A stretch of DNA of 10,197 bases from UHGV virus genome UHGV-0383075; one strand, 5' to 3'. The position numbers and the translations under genes were made by a program. The notes below the pieces were generated by a model. It searched no databases, was not told the DNA's origin, and saw only the letters and a list, made by a program, of their open reading frames with translations. Origin of the DNA: a virus. Below are positions 8,205 through 10,197 of the stretch, in pieces (position 1 is the stretch's first letter; the number at the start of each line of letters is the position of its first letter).

Positions 8205-8266
8205 ATTGACCAAAAACAACCGCGGTTATAGACTTTGCTCCAAATAGCTAAGGCTATTGCTTAGTA
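8205..8266 (+). promoter_or_regulatory. Candidate promoter and operator-like imperfect palindrome for the 8288-9278 operon
   Basis: -35 TTGACC (8205-8210), 18-nt spacer, -10 TAGACT (8229-8234). Downstream is an imperfect inverted repeat TAgCTAAG (8245-8252) / CTTAGTA (8260-8266), then GAGG RBS (8279-8282) 5 nt before the ATG at 8288. Confidence 0.3.
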
Positions 8267-8287
8267 AGTAAAACAGTTGAGGTTGCC

Positions 8288-8827
8288 ATGAATCCGTTTA
8301 ACGCCATTACTTTTGCTGCATTGTGCGGGCCTCTGGCTTGTCCTGCTGCTATGGCGCAGGAGTTCATCATCCAGCCAGCCCCTGTGATTGCTAAACCTTT
8401 TGAGTACTCTCCTTCTGTTGAGGAATTCTCACGCAGAATGGAAGAGGGTAAGGAGATCTTGCAAAAGTTAACAATTGCAGCAGATGACTACTATATCTGT
8501 TTGATTGATCTTAATAGCCAAGATGCTCGCGAGTTTGTTTCCAAAAACGGGACAGATACGACAGAGGCATGCGAAATGTTCCTGCGTGCTTTTGAAGAAG
8601 AAGTGAAGCGTACAATTGAATCGCCTCTGCCTGAATTTATCAGGTCAGAACTGAAGGTTTACTGGCGTCATATTGCTAAAGCTCGCTCATCTGTCACTCG
8701 CCTTAACAATTACATAAAGAGCATATTTAAAGAAACTGTTACGTTTAGCGGGCGCGCGGATCTTGCTGGAATTGCAGCACTAGCTAGTCACACATCAAAT
8801 AAGCTAAAATCGATGCAATTTCACTAA
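8288..8827 (+). CDS. Hypothetical 179-aa protein, first gene of a two-gene operon with a YafO-like toxin (candidate non-canonical antitoxin or partner)
   Basis: ORF with GAGG RBS and a stop 16 nt before the next start. It has a hydrophobic N-terminus (MNPFNAITFAALCGPLACPAAMA) lacking the basic n-region of a typical signal peptide, then an acidic, probably helical body. I recognise no family, and it is about twice the size of Phd/YefM/YafN-type antitoxins. Confidence 0.5.
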   Translation: MNPFNAITFAALCGPLACPAAMAQEFIIQPAPVIAKPFEYSPSVEEFSRRMEEGKEILQKLTIAADDYYICLIDLNSQDAREFVSKNGTDTTEACEMFLRAFEEEVKRTIESPLPEFIRSELKVYWRHIAKARSSVTRLNNYIKSIFKETVTFSGRADLAGIAALASHTSNKLKSMQFH

Positions 8828-8843
8828 CCGATAGCGGACGACC

Positions 8844-9278
8844 ATGCATCTAGAAGTCTCTATTAATCCAGAAACTAGAGCTGAATTTTTTGATGAAGTT
8901 TTTCTCAAATTCCCGGAGCTAGAGTCTTCTATCATTGATGATTTCAAGAGATACAAAGCAACCGGTGAGCTTCCGCATTATTTCGGTAGGGACGTTGCGT
9001 ATACTCAGCCCTATGGTGCTTTTCGGGCTGGGTTGATGCATATCCATCTTTGTCTACCGCCAAACAAGTTTCCCGAGAAACTTCCACAACCGGATAGGGT
9101 CTGCAAGAAAGGTGATCCTGATAATGATGCTTGTCTTGTGTATGTCCAAGGTGAGCTTTATGAGAATAAATATTCACTCATTGCTATTATGTATCCCGAT
9201 GCACATGAAAAAGCAAGAAAACATGATGTGATGAGCTATCTGGCGCGAATTGCCCAGAATTATAAAGATGAAAACTAA
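8844..9278 (+). CDS. YafO-family toxin homolog (putative ribosome-dependent mRNA interferase)
   Basis: 144-aa ORF. Segments DFKRYKATGELPHYFGRDVAY, MHIHLCLPPNKFPEKL and ACLVYVQGELYENKYSLIAIMYPDAHEKARKHDVM align by eye with E. coli YafO (DFISYKRDGVLPDTFGRD, VAHIHLANENNPFPPQL, AHLVYCQGAFDEQAWLLIAILKPEPHKLARDNNQM, recalled from memory). An intrinsic terminator follows directly. Confidence 0.6.
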   Translation: MHLEVSINPETRAEFFDEVFLKFPELESSIIDDFKRYKATGELPHYFGRDVAYTQPYGAFRAGLMHIHLCLPPNKFPEKLPQPDRVCKKGDPDNDACLVYVQGELYENKYSLIAIMYPDAHEKARKHDVMSYLARIAQNYKDEN

Positions 9279-9298
9279 CCCGCCGAAGCGGGTTTTTT
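9277..9298. terminator. Bidirectional intrinsic terminator between convergent operons
   Basis: Hairpin AACCCGC-CGAA-GCGGGTT (9277-9294) followed by TTTTTT on the plus strand. The minus-strand side is also T-rich downstream (complement of 9260-9276). It lies between the YafO-like stop (9276-9278) and the PrtN-like stop (9305-9307). Confidence 0.7.
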
Positions 9299-9304
9299 GT
9301 GAGA

Positions 9305-9577
9305 TTAGTTATTTATTTTCCTATTTGTTCTTACCCTCTCCCATTCAATTCTGCCTTCTTCACGCCGTTTATCTATATATTCAGCAAGATCCTGAATGTT
9401 GATGCAGCGCTTTGCTTTCTGTGATGTACCAACACGATAAGTCGGGATCGGCAATTGGCATGCATTTGCTTTCGCTTCTGCTGTGTTAGGGCTCATACCG
9501 AAATACTTTTGGCATACAGCTGACAGCTCAATGTTTGGGGTATTGAATTCAGCCATCAGTAAAAACAAGGTGTTCAT
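9305..9577 (-). CDS. PrtN-family (pyocin activator-like) DNA-binding protein; possible excisionase or early regulator
   Basis: N-terminus MNTLFLLMAEF...VCQKYFG...LPIPTYRVGTSQKAKRCINIQDLAEYIDKRREEG matches the PrtN-family pattern (MNT.FLLMAQ...VC..YF...LP.P..R...SQKA....LQDLA.YID.RR) as I recall it. I prefer the ATG at 9577 (GGAG RBS 6 nt upstream) over the GTG at 9604 listed in the ORF track. Confidence 0.6.
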   Translation of the reverse strand: MNTLFLLMAEFNTPNIELSAVCQKYFGMSPNTAEAKANACQLPIPTYRVGTSQKAKRCINIQDLAEYIDKRREEGRIEWERVRTNRKINN

Positions 9578-9613
9578 AATTTTCTCCATCAAAACCGGCT
9601 GCACCCGGGAAAA

Positions 9614-10186
9614 TCATAATTCTGTGCTGGTGGCAGGAATTAGTTTCTGCCAGATAGCGGAAACATATTTTGCCTGATGACGGGCATCAGCCAGGGCGTT
9701 GTGCCGTTCGCCATCGAAAGGCATGTCCATTTTTGGGTCGAATCCGATGGAACGCCCAAGCGTAACGATCGTGCGTACATCGTGGTCATTCCAGTACGCC
9801 CACGGGCAGATTTGTCCTGCTCGCTCGTAAGCTCCACGTAAAATTACGTTGTCGAAGGTGGCCCCGTTACCCCAGACTTTTAAATATTTTGTATTGTCTG
9901 CATGCTGATTAATGAAATGGCTCAGTTCAGAGAGTGCATCGCTGATCGACAAAGTATCATCAATACAGATTGCAGCTCGTGCTTCAGAGCTCTGTTTCAA
10001 CCACCACAGGATGGTATCGCCGTCAGGTGTAGCTCCTTGCTTCATAGCACTGTCCAGGCTAACAACCGTATAGAATTCTTGTCCGATGTCTCCGGTTTCT
10101 GGAGTGAAGAACACCGCGCCAATGGAAACGATCGGTGCATCCTTATTTTTCCCCATCGTCTCAAGGTCGATCATTAAGTTGTTCAT
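9614..10186 (-). CDS. DEDDh-type 3'-5' exonuclease (DnaQ-like fold), phage early-region exonuclease
   Basis: Exo I motif MIDLETMG (D-x-E), Exo II region VWGNGATFDNVIL, Exo III motif HNALADARH. GAGGTG RBS at 10192-10197. The ATG at 10186 is the likely start; the track's 10189 is a GTG one codon upstream. Confidence 0.65.
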   Translation of the reverse strand: MNNLMIDLETMGKNKDAPIVSIGAVFFTPETGDIGQEFYTVVSLDSAMKQGATPDGDTILWWLKQSSEARAAICIDDTLSISDALSELSHFINQHADNTKYLKVWGNGATFDNVILRGAYERAGQICPWAYWNDHDVRTIVTLGRSIGFDPKMDMPFDGERHNALADARHQAKYVSAIWQKLIPATSTEL

Positions 10187-10197
10187 CACTTCACCTC

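Noticed and set aside
7893-8287. tRNA or tmRNA gene as an integration target next to int
   Set aside because: I could not find a tRNA-like T-arm (GGTTCGA..TCC) or acceptor-stem and CCA arrangement. The GGGTTCCC element here is part of a repeated protein-binding-like motif, not a T-loop.
8944-10177. ORFs 8944..9177 (-), 9483..9677 (+), 9640..9837 (-) and 9902..10177 (+)
   Set aside because: They overlap the YafO-like, PrtN-like and exonuclease genes on the opposite strand or in another frame, and have no recognisable features or RBS.
1-10197. CRISPR arrays, IS elements and transposase genes, rRNA genes
   Set aside because: No regularly spaced direct repeats beyond the single 10-bp duplication, no terminal inverted repeats flanking a transposase-like ORF, and no rRNA-like conserved stretches were seen.

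Overview
Read by eye only, with no database search: this window looks like part of a temperate phage or prophage from an enterobacterium, split into two compositionally distinct halves. Positions 49-6141 (+ strand) are a GC-rich, tightly packed Mu-type tail and baseplate module in canonical Mu order (gp43/N-like, gp44/P-like, gp45-like, gp46-like, gp47/J-like, gp48/YmfQ-like, tail fiber), with overlapping or near-abutting stop and start codons. The tail fiber switches from GC-rich to AT-rich sequence after about 80 codons, suggesting a swapped receptor-binding region. From about 6150 onward the DNA is AT-rich accessory sequence: a small ORF, a DinI-family gene (-) behind two LexA boxes, a tyrosine integrase (-) with an arm-binding-type N-terminus, a 395-bp intergenic region carrying clustered GGGAACC repeats, then a two-gene operon (+) of an unrecognised 179-aa protein and a YafO-family toxin homolog, a bidirectional terminator, and a leftward pair of PrtN-family regulator and DEDDh 3'-5' exonuclease genes. 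The most interesting candidate is the 179-aa protein plus YafO-like toxin operon, which lacks the expected small YafN/Phd-type antitoxin and sits in an integrase-proximal position typical of phage defence or addiction cargo. No rRNA, tRNA, CRISPR array or IS element was seen.
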